Below are positions 28,579 through 38,339 of a stretch of DNA of 64,000 nt, piece by piece. The notes beneath the pieces were generated by a model. That model saw nothing but the letters and a program-made list of their open reading frames with translations. It was not told the origin of the DNA and ran no database searches. The stretch is from IMG/VR virus record IMGVR_UViG_3300031957_002643, positions 248,001 through 312,000 of that record. One strand, 5' to 3'. Position numbers and translations under genes: made by a program. Every line of letters begins with the position of its first letter. The stretch's first letter is position 1.

Positions 28579-30195
28579 TTAGCGAACAAAGTCCGCCATA
28601 ACGTTTGGTGCATTGGAATCAAATCCAACAACGTCGAGCATGCCCGGATCATCAGGATTTGCAATCGTGAAGCCCGTTGAGGTCATGCCAACAACGATGA
28701 GCTTCGCATCGATGCCCATCTTGCGACGGTAATCACGAAGCGCTTCGTGTGGATGGATATTACCTGCCCAAGTTTCATTATCCGTGTAGATAACGAAAGC
28801 ATCAGCTTCGATCTTGTTTTCCATTGCGTAAAGCATTGGAGCAGCACAATCAGTTCCACCGAATGGAAGATTGCTGATCTTACGGATAACACCATCAAGT
28901 GTTGATGCACGACCAAAGTCAAGCGGAGTTACCGCATTAGAGCCACGGTAAGACGAATAACGCGAACCACTGGTAAAACCGACAGTGTGTGTAACTGGTT
29001 CGGTCTTCATAGTGATAAGTGCCATTGCCGCAGATGCGTCACGTGGCGTGATGTTTGAATTCATGATGTTCGAAAACGTCATAGAACCTGAAACATCAAG
29101 CGCAAGAAGATGACGCTTTCCAGTCGGAACAACATTCTTGAAAGAAAGCTTGAATGCATCTTCAAGTGCAGACACAATGTTTCCATTGACCTTCCACGTG
29201 TTGCTTCCACGGAAACCACGACCAGACTTATACGTTGTGAGTGCAAGAAGCACCGCAAACGGATGAATCATCGAATCGTGAAGCGTCTTCTGATCCGTGA
29301 GCCGACGAACTGCCTCCTGTTCAAACTTGGACATCGGCTTGAAAAGATTAATCTTTTCAGAAGACATGTTGCCAAGATTTTTGATCATAGCAGTCATCGG
29401 CATCTTTTCGAAAAGTGCTTCCCATACCTTTGGATCATTAAGAGCCTCGGTCGGAAGTGCTTCACGTGGAAGATTTGCTTCACGGATAAGGCCCGGAAGT
29501 TCCTTCACAGATGCAGTCTTTGCTTCTTCGTATGCCTTGATGATTGGCGGAAGCGTTTCGGTATCAACCGGGCGACCACAAATCCAATCAAAGATCACGC
29601 GACGTTCTGCTTCTGGCGTCTTTGGATGAGAAAGACGAAGAAGGTCACGGTGCGTCCAACCATCACGTTGACGATACTTGACCGCTTGGTAAGCGACCTT
29701 GTTTGCATCAACTTCGGTATACCAGTTCGCAACTGCACGCTTAAGCGCACGTCCCCAACCACGGAACTGTTCGACAAATTCCGCGTAATGGAAAAGATGC
29801 GTACCAATGCGTGCAACCTTTGGAAGTGCCGCGAGCGCATATGCACGAGTCTTGTCATCTTGTGCAGCCGAAGCCATAGCAAGAGCGAAAAGAGCAGCAT
29901 CATTACGGTATGCACGACCGTTCGTGGACACGTCAACAATCATATCGACAGCACGAATACCGTCAGAATCAATTGCCTTCTGTACTGCCGAAGCGTTAGC
30001 TACGGTAAGTTCACGAGACGATGCGTAGTAGGTTGGTGCATCAGAACCGAGCACAAGGAAGCGCTCAAGGCGACCGAACTCATCAAGTGTGAATGAGAAA
30101 CCGCCAGCATTGTTCTTGGATTGCTTTGGGGAAGCCGCTTCATTTTGCGGCGTAACGCGATTGCGCGTTCCAACATTACGGTAAGCTTTAGACAT
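28579..30195 (-). CDS. rsr: Ro60/Rsr TROVE-domain RNA-binding protein
   Basis: NNAGGFSF..LERFLVLGS..KYRQRDGWTHRDLLRLSHP TROVE motifs plus vWA DVSGSM..FGGTDC..TDNETW. Confidence 0.95.
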   Translation of the reverse strand: MSKAYRNVGTRNRVTPQNEAASPKQSKNNAGGFSFTLDEFGRLERFLVLGSDAPTYYASSRELTVANASAVQKAIDSDGIRAVDMIVDVSTNGRAYRNDAALFALAMASAAQDDKTRAYALAALPKVARIGTHLFHYAEFVEQFRGWGRALKRAVANWYTEVDANKVAYQAVKYRQRDGWTHRDLLRLSHPKTPEAERRVIFDWICGRPVDTETLPPIIKAYEEAKTASVKELPGLIREANLPREALPTEALNDPKVWEALFEKMPMTAMIKNLGNMSSEKINLFKPMSKFEQEAVRRLTDQKTLHDSMIHPFAVLLALTTYKSGRGFRGSNTWKVNGNIVSALEDAFKLSFKNVVPTGKRHLLALDVSGSMTFSNIMNSNITPRDASAAMALITMKTEPVTHTVGFTSGSRYSSYRGSNAVTPLDFGRASTLDGVIRKISNLPFGGTDCAAPMLYAMENKIEADAFVIYTDNETWAGNIHPHEALRDYRRKMGIDAKLIVVGMTSTGFTIANPDDPGMLDVVGFDSNAPNVMADFVR

Positions 30196-30249
30196 TTTCC
30201 TTCTCCTTTACGTCTTTTGTGAACTAAGGATTAGGACGAGTCAAGAGGG

Positions 30250-30319
30250 TTGAATGAACATGTTAGTTGCGGTGGGTGTTTCATCGAAAAAGATAACCCA
30301 TTGCATCCGGCTCATTCAA
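30250..30319 (-). ncRNA. Short Y-like RNA, copy 1
   Basis: TTGAATGA terminal stem, GAGCCGGA and GGTTATC motifs; near-duplicate of 30657-30724. Confidence 0.7.
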
Positions 30320-30329
30320 ATTTCATACA

Positions 30330-30495
30330 GTTGTACCTTAGAAGGATGGACGTGTTTTTGAAAAACGACGTTTAGACGCTCTAACCGTTGAGCTACCGGC
30401 CCATAAATGGTGGGCCAGACAGGATTCGAACCTGTAACCTTCCCTTTGTAAGAGGATAACCGTCTCTCAGCCGGTCCATCCTTCTAAGATACAAC
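30330..30495 (-). ncRNA. yrlA: YrlA-type Y RNA with tRNA-like module
   Basis: ~22-bp terminal stem, GGTTATC, T-arm CAGG-TTCGAAT-CCTG followed by a closed acceptor stem and D-arm TAGCTCAACGGTTAGAGC (permuted tRNA order). Confidence 0.85.
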
Positions 30496-30496
30496 T

Positions 30497-30631
30497 GGAC
30501 GAATGTGTTTGCGACTAGGGGGTGTTGAGACCAATGCTTCTACCAATTCAGCCACACCCAACAATGTGTTGAGTGACAGGATTCGAACCTGCACTTCTCG
30601 GTTTTGATAACCCTATGTCTCCGACTCGTCC
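30497..30631 (-). ncRNA. yrlA: YrlA-type Y RNA with tRNA-like module
   Basis: GGACGA/TCGTCC stem, GGTTATC, CAGG-TTCGAAT-CCTG, then D-arm GCTGAATTGGTAGAAGC. Confidence 0.85.
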
Positions 30632-30656
30632 GAAATCTTTTGTTCCTCCCATTGAT

Positions 30657-30724
30657 TGAATGAACATGTTAGTTGTGATGGATGTTCATCATTACCAAGA
30701 TAACCCACCGCATCCGGCTCATTC
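30657..30724 (-). ncRNA. Short Y-like RNA, copy 2
   Basis: GAATGAGCCGGATGC..GGTTATC..ACTAACATGTTCATTC. Confidence 0.7.
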
Positions 30725-30740
30725 GTTGTTCCGTGATATA

Positions 30741-30830
30741 CTTATAGAGGATAATAGGGGTGTCAACCGGTTTTTTGTAAAAAATCGAAAATTTTTTGTA
30801 ATTGACAGGAATTCCTCTGTGTCATATAAG
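30741..30830. promoter_or_regulatory. Divergent promoters (Y RNA-Ro operon on minus; tRNA-fMet on plus)
   Basis: Minus: TTGACA (30766-30761)...TATAAG (30746-30741); plus: TTGACA-N17-TATAAG (30802-30830). Confidence 0.7.
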
Positions 30831-30848
30831 TATTAGCACACATCTTGA

Positions 30849-30925
30849 AGCGGGGTGGAGCAGTCCGGTAGCTCGTCAGACTCATAATCTGAAGGTCGTA
30901 GGTTCAAATCCTGCCCCCGCACCCA
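30849..30925 (+). tRNA. Initiator-like tRNA-fMet(CAT)
   Basis: GCGGGGTGGAGCAG..GGTAGCTCGTCAG..CTCATAA..GGTTCAAATCC initiator body; 1:72 mismatch. Confidence 0.85.
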
Positions 30926-31266
30926 TTATAGGAATGATCATGTCCAAGCATTCGAATGAACCCGAAGAAATTACGAATGATCGGAAATCAATCCATATCA
31001 CGATTCCATCAAAGGGATGGAAGACAATTAGTGCTTGTGCAATGATTGTCGCAGCCATTTCATTCGCAGTTGCGGGCGGTGATCAAAGTTATCTGGCTGG
31101 ATGGTGTATTCTTGGAGCATTCGTGGCATTGTGGGATTAATCGAGTTTCTAATTATTGGTGCTGTTCTGAGTGCGTTGATTGTACCGGCAGTTCCAATTC
31201 TTTTTAGAAAATTCATCGACGAACCGCTTATGAAAATGCTTCGGAATATATTTTAACGGGGTTGTA

Positions 31267-32010
31267 ATGAGAATTCTTTCATCCTTCAGTGATTATTATG
31301 ATGCAGGTATTGCTTACGGTGTTGATCGCGAATTGACGTTTGTTCGTGAAACGTCAACTCATATGGTTGATATTCCCCGAGAAGCAAAAAATATTGGATG
31401 GCGCGTCATGATCGATCATGAGCGTGGTCGCAGACGCTTTAAGGATCAAGATAGATGGAATTATAGAAGTCAACATTATTTGCACTTTTGTGGTAAGATT
31501 TATCCCTTCTATTATTTTGATATGATCAAATATAGAGACCCGAAGAATGGTAGAGTATTTGAGGTCAATGGTGCACTAAACGCTCATCGTAATATGGTCT
31601 CTTATGATGAAGTTTCTAGAAATAGAATTTTCATCTGGAACGAAGAAACTGCTCTGACTTATTTTGAACCGGGGAAACAAGACTGGTACAATAAGTTCGA
31701 TTATTCCCAAGAATGGAATGTAATTTCAGATGATCGGTTGAATCGAAAATACAACTCACCAGTTGTATTGGAGTACATTGGACGTAATGCTGGGCGTAGA
31801 ATCGATTTGGTTGTCAATCCGTGTTTGAAGGATATGAACTTCAAAGATGTGATTGATCCATATACTGCTTTTCAAGAAGTAAGCATGTATTTGGCCATGT
31901 TGCAAAATCCTGAAGACAAGGATTTGGACCCGGCAGCAACCGATGTCGAAAAAATCCGCCAACATGGAATGGATGAGAAATATGGTTTCCGCAAACCACC
32001 ATCAAAATGA
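31267..32010 (+). CDS. Hypothetical phage protein
   Basis: MRILSSFSDYYD N-terminus; 247-aa ORF. Confidence 0.65.
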   Translation: MRILSSFSDYYDAGIAYGVDRELTFVRETSTHMVDIPREAKNIGWRVMIDHERGRRRFKDQDRWNYRSQHYLHFCGKIYPFYYFDMIKYRDPKNGRVFEVNGALNAHRNMVSYDEVSRNRIFIWNEETALTYFEPGKQDWYNKFDYSQEWNVISDDRLNRKYNSPVVLEYIGRNAGRRIDLVVNPCLKDMNFKDVIDPYTAFQEVSMYLAMLQNPEDKDLDPAATDVEKIRQHGMDEKYGFRKPPSK

Positions 32011-32539
32011 TCAGCAATCACAAATCGCTGTATTGAAGGAAAAGAACAAAAAACTTCAAGAAGCGTTGGACTCTGAACGAAGTAAACGTAAGAAGTCGGC
32101 CCGTGTCACACGAGCGATGTGGAAGAAATATCACAAACTCTTTTCAGCAACGGGAAGAGGATATGAGCAACTTCTTCAAGATGCAGTGGTTGCACGGATG
32201 CGAATGGCGTTACCGGATCATACAATCATTGATTTTGATGGAATCATGATGCATCAATTTTCCTTCAGAGAAGTAGTGATCCGTGTGCCTGTTTCTGAAA
32301 TGGATGAACCGAAATACCAATATCCATCAAATGGAGTTGAAAATGAAGAAGACTGACGATACTACTAAATGGTTTATAATCGGAATGGTTGGGTTGATGT
32401 GTGCCTTTACTGTTGGATCGACAGTGCAGTCGTATATAAACCTCAGACGTAGTGAAGCTATTCTTCGCTTCCATGAGGCATGTGTTTCCCATCACTCTCT
32501 CGAAGAATGTGGAGAAATCACTTTTCGATAAATAGATGA

Positions 32540-32917
32540 ATGAAAATTGATCGTCTATTTGAAGAAACCGTGAAACTCTCCGACATGTATGATGTCGATG
32601 ATCTGCATGATGATGCAGAAATCCTGTATCATTACATCGATCCAGACCAGTTGGATGATGAATTCGAAGTTAAAGAATTATCTTTTGATGAAGCCAAGAA
32701 ATTAAAAACGCCTCGTGGTGATATGACTGTTTGGCAAGCGTATAAAGATCATGCGATGCCTGAACAGGAAGACATCATCAAAAAGAAATTGAAAAATTAT
32801 GATTCGGATCGAGTGATTGTTGTTTATGATGATCAGGTTTTAGACGGGAACCATCATTTGATTGCATCATTGAAACAAAAACTTGGCGTTCGCCTGATTG
32901 ATATTAAGACGATCTAA
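32540..32917 (+). CDS. ParB-like domain protein with LFE leader
   Basis: MKIDRLFEE; VLDGNHH motif; TAAATA at 32529. Confidence 0.6.
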   Translation: MKIDRLFEETVKLSDMYDVDDLHDDAEILYHYIDPDQLDDEFEVKELSFDEAKKLKTPRGDMTVWQAYKDHAMPEQEDIIKKKLKNYDSDRVIVVYDDQVLDGNHHLIASLKQKLGVRLIDIKTI

Positions 32918-33401
32918 TTTTCATCCACAATTCACCGAGCACATTGTACCCAACCCAATTATCACCTTCTCTGGCAGCGCCCCAAAACTTCCCGCTACCA
33001 TGAGGACGACTGGTGACATCTTCAATTAATCGTCTTTCTCCGGTTTCGGCCAACATATTCATGAGTTCTTCATGCTGTTGGACCTTCAACATCAAACACA
33101 GTTCCATGTTGTCGAGGTCTTCGGTGCCAGTTTGAAGAACAGTCATATGTTCGGCATTCCCTTTGGCGTAGAATTTTGCCGACATTGGAGACTTGATAGT
33201 CTTGAGATGCAGAAAGTGTTCACTTTCAAAAGGAAAGCGCATAGCCTGAAACAAATGTTCAGTCGTTGGAAATAGGTGATCTTTGTAAGTGACTGAAAAT
33301 GCAGCCATATTTTGCATCCAACCAAAAGGAAGTTTCACTTTAGTGAAAGCGATGTCATCTTCTTGGCATGGATTAATCGGGTAGTCTGTAAGTTTGCTCA
33401 T
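32904..33401 (-). CDS. NADAR (YbiA-like) family protein
   Basis: FPTTEHLFQAMRF..LKVQQH..FWGA..NVLGELWMKIR. Confidence 0.85.
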   Translation of the reverse strand: MSKLTDYPINPCQEDDIAFTKVKLPFGWMQNMAAFSVTYKDHLFPTTEHLFQAMRFPFESEHFLHLKTIKSPMSAKFYAKGNAEHMTVLQTGTEDLDNMELCLMLKVQQHEELMNMLAETGERRLIEDVTSRPHGSGKFWGAAREGDNWVGYNVLGELWMKIRSS

Positions 33402-33921
33402 CGTTTTCTTCCATGAAATTAAAAATTCGGTCGGACCAGTAGTCATCGAATGATGCAAGAGTCCGTGTAAGCTTATATACAGCAGTTGTCAATGCGTCAT
33501 AATCTTTTGCCTTCCAACTTGTATATGTGCGAGCACAAAGACCAAGTATAGACATAGTATAAGCTAATGGGTTATCTTTATTATTTCGATCTTCAATTTC
33601 TTTTTTGACCAATTCAAAACGGTCTTCTGTTGTGAAATGGCTTTCATTGTTTGCCGCAATGCGGAGTGCACAATGAAGCGTCAGGTCAACCAAAATCTGT
33701 CTGCGAAAATTAGAACATCCATAGATGATTTTTCTTATTTCTTCCTTTGGATCAAATAATTGTTTGATTTCATTATCCAAATCGTCGAGGTCAATATCTA
33801 TGTCGATTTCATTTTCCATGGCAATATGTATATATCGAATTTTTCTTGTTGACAAAAGAAATCGAAACACCTATAAGTATGCATAACGAAGCACCGCCGA
33901 AGGTGCATTGACGATAGTAGC

Positions 33922-35067
33922 GTGGAGTATGCTATGCCTGTGAATGGAAAACCATCCATCCGTGATGGGTTCGTGAAAACGAATACACTCGGATATGAAG
34001 AAGAATACGATTACCTCGTATTCATTGGAAGATTTCAACCTCTCCATTACGGGCATATGCGTGTCATTGACATTGCGCTACAACTCTCCAAAAAAGTAGT
34101 TCTGCTCGTTGGTTCGTCCAATGTTGGTCGCACCCTGCGTAACCCGTTCACTTTTCAAGAACGTTACGCCATGATCGCAACACAATACGATCATGCCATC
34201 AAGGATGGTCGTCTCATCATCGACTCAATCGATGATATGATGTATGAAGATGACCGCTGGATCGAGCAGGTTCAGACCAAAGTCAACAGCAAAGTTGGCG
34301 ATACCAAAAATGTCGGTCTGATTGGATGTGAGAAAGATCACACCAGTTATTATCTCAGCCTCTTCCCGAACTGGCATAATGTCGGTGTGGAATTCAAGGT
34401 TCCACTCAACAGTACCGATATCCGCAAGGCTGTGTTCCTTCAGGACAAGCTCTGGGATGATCGTGGTTTTGGTGAAACGCAACATGCCAAGAATGAATTC
34501 TACAAATTCTTGGACAAGGCGTGCCCGCCAGAAATCGCTCAAATCCTTCACGCATTTATGTACAATCCAACAGCAGAAGAAATTCGTGAAGAATGGAAGT
34601 GGATCAATGAATATCGTGCAAAGCGCCAGACCAGCAATTATCCGGTGATTGATATCACTGTTGATGCCTGCGTGGTTCAATCTGGTCATGTTCTGGTTGT
34701 TCGCCGCAAGAATTATCCGGGCAAAGGTCTTCTTGCCCTTCCGGGTGGTTTCTTGAATGAAAACGAAATTCGCGAGAAGGGCATGCTTCGTGAATTGCGA
34801 GAAGAAACTTGCATCGATCTCTCGGATACTGTCCTTCGCGCAAATATCGTGAAAGAAAAAGTTTTCGAAGACCCACACCGTTCAGATCGTGGTCGTCTGA
34901 TTACGACTGCATATCTGATCAAACTTCAGGATCGCCCGGAACTTCCCAAGGTGAAGGGTGCTGATGATGCAGAGAAAGCATTCTGGTTGCCATTGTCCGA
35001 AGTAAAACCTTCGATCTTCTTTGAAGACCATGGATTCATTATCCGAAATCTCACGAGCGGAATCTAA
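33922..35067 (+). CDS. Bifunctional NMN adenylyltransferase / Nudix ADP-ribose pyrophosphatase (NadM-Nudix)
   Basis: FIGRFQPLHYGH, RNPFT and Nudix box ALPGGF..E..GMLRELREET. Confidence 0.93.
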   Translation: MEYAMPVNGKPSIRDGFVKTNTLGYEEEYDYLVFIGRFQPLHYGHMRVIDIALQLSKKVVLLVGSSNVGRTLRNPFTFQERYAMIATQYDHAIKDGRLIIDSIDDMMYEDDRWIEQVQTKVNSKVGDTKNVGLIGCEKDHTSYYLSLFPNWHNVGVEFKVPLNSTDIRKAVFLQDKLWDDRGFGETQHAKNEFYKFLDKACPPEIAQILHAFMYNPTAEEIREEWKWINEYRAKRQTSNYPVIDITVDACVVQSGHVLVVRRKNYPGKGLLALPGGFLNENEIREKGMLRELREETCIDLSDTVLRANIVKEKVFEDPHRSDRGRLITTAYLIKLQDRPELPKVKGADDAEKAFWLPLSEVKPSIFFEDHGFIIRNLTSGI

Positions 35068-35260
35068 GGAGAATCGTCATGGCAGTTAAAGTAAGTGAAA
35101 TGTGTAAGCTGACGAGAACTTGTCGCAAGTGTGAAACCGTTCTCGAATTCGAATACACGGATATTACAACCCATAAGGTCAATTTTGATTATCTGGGAGA
35201 TTACGATACCCGAAGAGGTGTAAAGTGTCCCGTATGTGAAAACGTAGTGGAGGTTACGAA

Positions 35261-35635
35261 ATGACTATCAATTTTGAAGATAAAGAGCGTGCTATCGAAC
35301 GCGAGCGTCGTGCTATCGAAGATGAACGTGTTCGACTGGCAGAACGCCAAAAGGCTCTAGAACAGGAAGAAACCGACAACAGAGAACTTGCGGCGAAAAT
35401 GAAATACGAGAATGATCCTCGTATCCCTATCGCCATCCAGCTTCACACGCTCATGTGTAATCACAATCATATTGATGGTTGTAGCTGGTCGTATGAGAGC
35501 AAGTGGCACGACTGGAATATTGGTTGGGCACGCAAGGAATATCTCAAAAAGGCGACCCGTGTCGTGGACATGGCAAATAAATTGGGCATCAAACCTGAAG
35601 ATGCTCTGGAAATCATCAAAGCAGTGAAAGGGTAA
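35261..35635 (+). CDS. Hypothetical protein with N-terminal coiled coil
   Basis: ORF track. Confidence 0.6.
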   Translation: MTINFEDKERAIERERRAIEDERVRLAERQKALEQEETDNRELAAKMKYENDPRIPIAIQLHTLMCNHNHIDGCSWSYESKWHDWNIGWARKEYLKKATRVVDMANKLGIKPEDALEIIKAVKG

Positions 35636-35639
35636 TCCA

Positions 35640-37094
35640 ATGCTTAATAATCCTATTATCGAACTCATTCTCGCAAACAAAGTCATTTCAACGGACAGCT
35701 ACAAGTTCTCTCACTGGACTCAGTATCCGCCGAATACGACACATGTTTCGAGCTACATCGAATCCCGTGGTCTTTCCAGTGAAGTGAAAGATGATTGGGA
35801 AGATGAAGTCGTTTTCTTCGGCCTGCAAGGCTTCATCAAACGTTACCTCATGACGCCGATCACCATGAAGATGGTCGATGAAGCCGAAGAATACTGCAAG
35901 GCGCATGGTGAACCATTCAACCGTGCTGGTTTCGAAATCATCGTGAATGAATATGATGGCTTCTATCCTGTTGAAATTGAAGCGGTTCCAGAAGGAACTG
36001 TTATGCGTTCTCACAACGCACAGGTTCAAGTCGTCAATACGGATGAACGTCTGTTTTGGGTGACTTCATTCCTCGAAACGTCTCTTCTCCGTGCAGTGTG
36101 GTATCCTTCTACGGTTGCTACTCAAAGCCGCGAAATCAAAAAAGTCATTGCATCCTACATGGATGAAACGGCTGGACATCGTGAAGGTCTCGATTTTAAA
36201 CTCCATGACTTTGGTGCTCGCGGTGTAAGCAGTGCAGAATCCGCTATGATCGGTGGTTCCTCCCATCTGGTCAATTTCATGGGGACTGATACTGGTGAAG
36301 CAAATCTCTGGCTTCGTGCTCTCTATGGTGAAGACATGGCAGCATTCTCTGTGCCTGCCAGTGAACACAGCACCATGACGAGTTGGGGTGGTCCTGCTGG
36401 CGAGGTGGATGCATGTCGCAACATGTTGGAAACCTTTGCTGGTCGCTTCCCGATCATCTCTGTGGTTTCTGACAGCTATGACATTTATCGTTGCATCACT
36501 GACATTTGGGGTGGTGAACTGTACGAAGATGTCAAGGCGCTTGAAAAGGTCGGAAGCAAACTTGTTGTTCGTCCTGACTCGGGTGACCCGACGACTGTTC
36601 CTGTTGAATGCATCAAGCTTCTGATGGAAAAGTTCGGGTACACCACGAATGAACGTGGTTACAAGGTTCTTCCTCCGTTCGTCGGTGTTCTTCAAGGTGA
36701 TGGTATCAACATCCGTTCGATCCGCCAAATCCTTGAAAACATGAAGAAAGAAGGCCTGTCCGCCGAAAACATCGTGTTCGGTATGGGTGGTGCCCTTCTT
36801 CAAAAGGTTGACCGTGATACCTTGAAGTATGCGATGAAGGCATCTGCTCGAAAGACTGATGGTGAATGGCATGATGTCTTCAAGCAGCCGGTCACGGATA
36901 AGGGCAAGATGTCCAAGAAAGGCCGTCTGGTTGTTGTTGAAACTTTGGGTGTTGGTGCTCGTGGTCATCTGACTGTTCGTGCCGATGCCATGCTTTCGAC
37001 CGACAAGAACTTGCTTCGCCCGGTCTATCGTAATGGGGAACTTCTCATGGATGATAGCTTGACGGATATCCGCAAACGCGCTAGTATCCGTTAG
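35640..37094 (+). CDS. nadV: Nicotinamide phosphoribosyltransferase
   Basis: TDSYKFSHW, LHDFGARG, SVPASEHS, SVVSDSYD, VRPDSGDP, QGDGI, FGMGGALLQ. Confidence 0.95.
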   Translation: MLNNPIIELILANKVISTDSYKFSHWTQYPPNTTHVSSYIESRGLSSEVKDDWEDEVVFFGLQGFIKRYLMTPITMKMVDEAEEYCKAHGEPFNRAGFEIIVNEYDGFYPVEIEAVPEGTVMRSHNAQVQVVNTDERLFWVTSFLETSLLRAVWYPSTVATQSREIKKVIASYMDETAGHREGLDFKLHDFGARGVSSAESAMIGGSSHLVNFMGTDTGEANLWLRALYGEDMAAFSVPASEHSTMTSWGGPAGEVDACRNMLETFAGRFPIISVVSDSYDIYRCITDIWGGELYEDVKALEKVGSKLVVRPDSGDPTTVPVECIKLLMEKFGYTTNERGYKVLPPFVGVLQGDGINIRSIRQILENMKKEGLSAENIVFGMGGALLQKVDRDTLKYAMKASARKTDGEWHDVFKQPVTDKGKMSKKGRLVVVETLGVGARGHLTVRADAMLSTDKNLLRPVYRNGELLMDDSLTDIRKRASIR

Positions 37095-37133
37095 TCACAG
37101 GTTGCAGGGATCGTGCCTGTGATTGCCGAAGAT

Positions 37134-37170
37134 AAAGGGGGTGGATTTGATTATCCACCCCCTTTATTTT
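37134..37170. terminator. Bidirectional terminator
   Basis: AAAGGGGGTGGAT...ATCCACCCCCTTT. Confidence 0.85.
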
Positions 37171-37828
37171 AATCATCAAATACCGGCTTGCGCTTTGTCT
37201 TCAATTTTTTGAAATAGACATTTAGGTCTAGTTCTTTTGGATAATGGCCTGTGATATCGACGAACTCTTTGATTAGTTTATTGAATTCTGATCTTGCCAT
37301 ATCGATCATGGCATCTTTTTCATTGCCATAATAATTTCTTCGATTCAAATCAGTTACAACTAATTCCAATGCATCCTTCAGGATGTTCAATTGTGTCGCA
37401 TATGCTTGATTGCCGGACTGCTTAGAATTTCTATGAAGAGCATCAACCATGTTCTTTTTGATCTCTTCCATTTTCAATTCAATTTCCGCGCGGCGTTGTT
37501 CAATCTGGCCTTGTTTACTTTCTGCATCAGTTTTAGCAATCGAACCCTTTTGTTCGATTGCTTTTTTGATCTTGGCAGGAGTAACAGCAATCGACTGTAC
37601 GGAATTGTCAAGATTGGTAACATCCTTACCCAAGGTATAAACCTTACCGTTACTAGCAATCACTTTTAGATAAAATTTTCCTTTTGAGGTCTGATAAAGA
37701 TAATAGTTCTTGATTTTCAATGAACTGATTTGCTCCTTCAGGACATCAGAATCGATAAGGGCTTCTTCGTTTGGTACACCGTATTGTGCCAATAGTTGTT
37801 TTCTGGATGAGAATGGTCTGACGTTCAT
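37169..37828 (-). CDS. Hypothetical basic/coiled-coil protein
   Basis: 219-aa ORF. Confidence 0.6.
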   Translation of the reverse strand: MNVRPFSSRKQLLAQYGVPNEEALIDSDVLKEQISSLKIKNYYLYQTSKGKFYLKVIASNGKVYTLGKDVTNLDNSVQSIAVTPAKIKKAIEQKGSIAKTDAESKQGQIEQRRAEIELKMEEIKKNMVDALHRNSKQSGNQAYATQLNILKDALELVVTDLNRRNYYGNEKDAMIDMARSEFNKLIKEFVDITGHYPKELDLNVYFKKLKTKRKPVFDD

Positions 37829-37829
37829 T

Positions 37830-38288
37830 TTAAATTCTCGGTCTCGTATCTATTCCACCGGTAGGCATTGTGTTGGTGGCAGGCTTTGTTCCACCAGCAG
37901 CCGGTGTTTTGTTTTTTGGTTTTGGTGCTGGTGGTTTTGTGAATGGGAACACTTCAGTGCGAACGCTTCCAGAAAAATCAGAACCAATGTTGATGATCAT
38001 CTTATCGGCAGAAAAATAAGCACCAAGGTAAACACCAGCTTCATCGTAATCTATGAAAATCTTTTGTGGATATGCGTTCTGGAAGATTTCTAGAAATTTG
38101 TTGGAAGCGATGATTTGTGGAAAGTTGTGAGCTTCGAAAGCCGCCAACAATTCATTTTCATCTTTGAATGGTTTGATCTTTTCTTTACTGGAAAAGATAT
38201 TCTTCAAAATATCGAGAAGTCCCTCATCAAGTTGTTCGATTTGGGACTCAGATAGGATTTGAGAAATTTTGGATTTTACATCAATCAT
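37830..38288 (-). CDS. Hypothetical protein with ILSE/QLDE leader
   Basis: KISQILSESQIEQLDEG; late-promoter hairpin upstream. Confidence 0.6.
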   Translation of the reverse strand: MIDVKSKISQILSESQIEQLDEGLLDILKNIFSSKEKIKPFKDENELLAAFEAHNFPQIIASNKFLEIFQNAYPQKIFIDYDEAGVYLGAYFSADKMIINIGSDFSGSVRTEVFPFTKPPAPKPKNKTPAAGGTKPATNTMPTGGIDTRPRI

Positions 38289-38334
38289 GAAGATACCCGC
38301 TGTTCATAGTATTTATTGAACAGCGGGTATCTTC
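38289..38334 (-). promoter_or_regulatory. 18-bp hairpin with late promoter TAAATA in the loop, abutting the start codon
   Basis: GAAGATACCCGCTGTTCA / TGAACAGCGGGTATCTTC perfect inverted repeat. Confidence 0.75.
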
Positions 38335-38339
38335 TGTAT

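Noticed and set aside
30250-30724. CRISPR array suggested by the two ~70-nt repeats
   Set aside because: Only two long copies, separated by tRNA-like Y RNAs, with no cas genes; explained by the Ro60/Y RNA locus.
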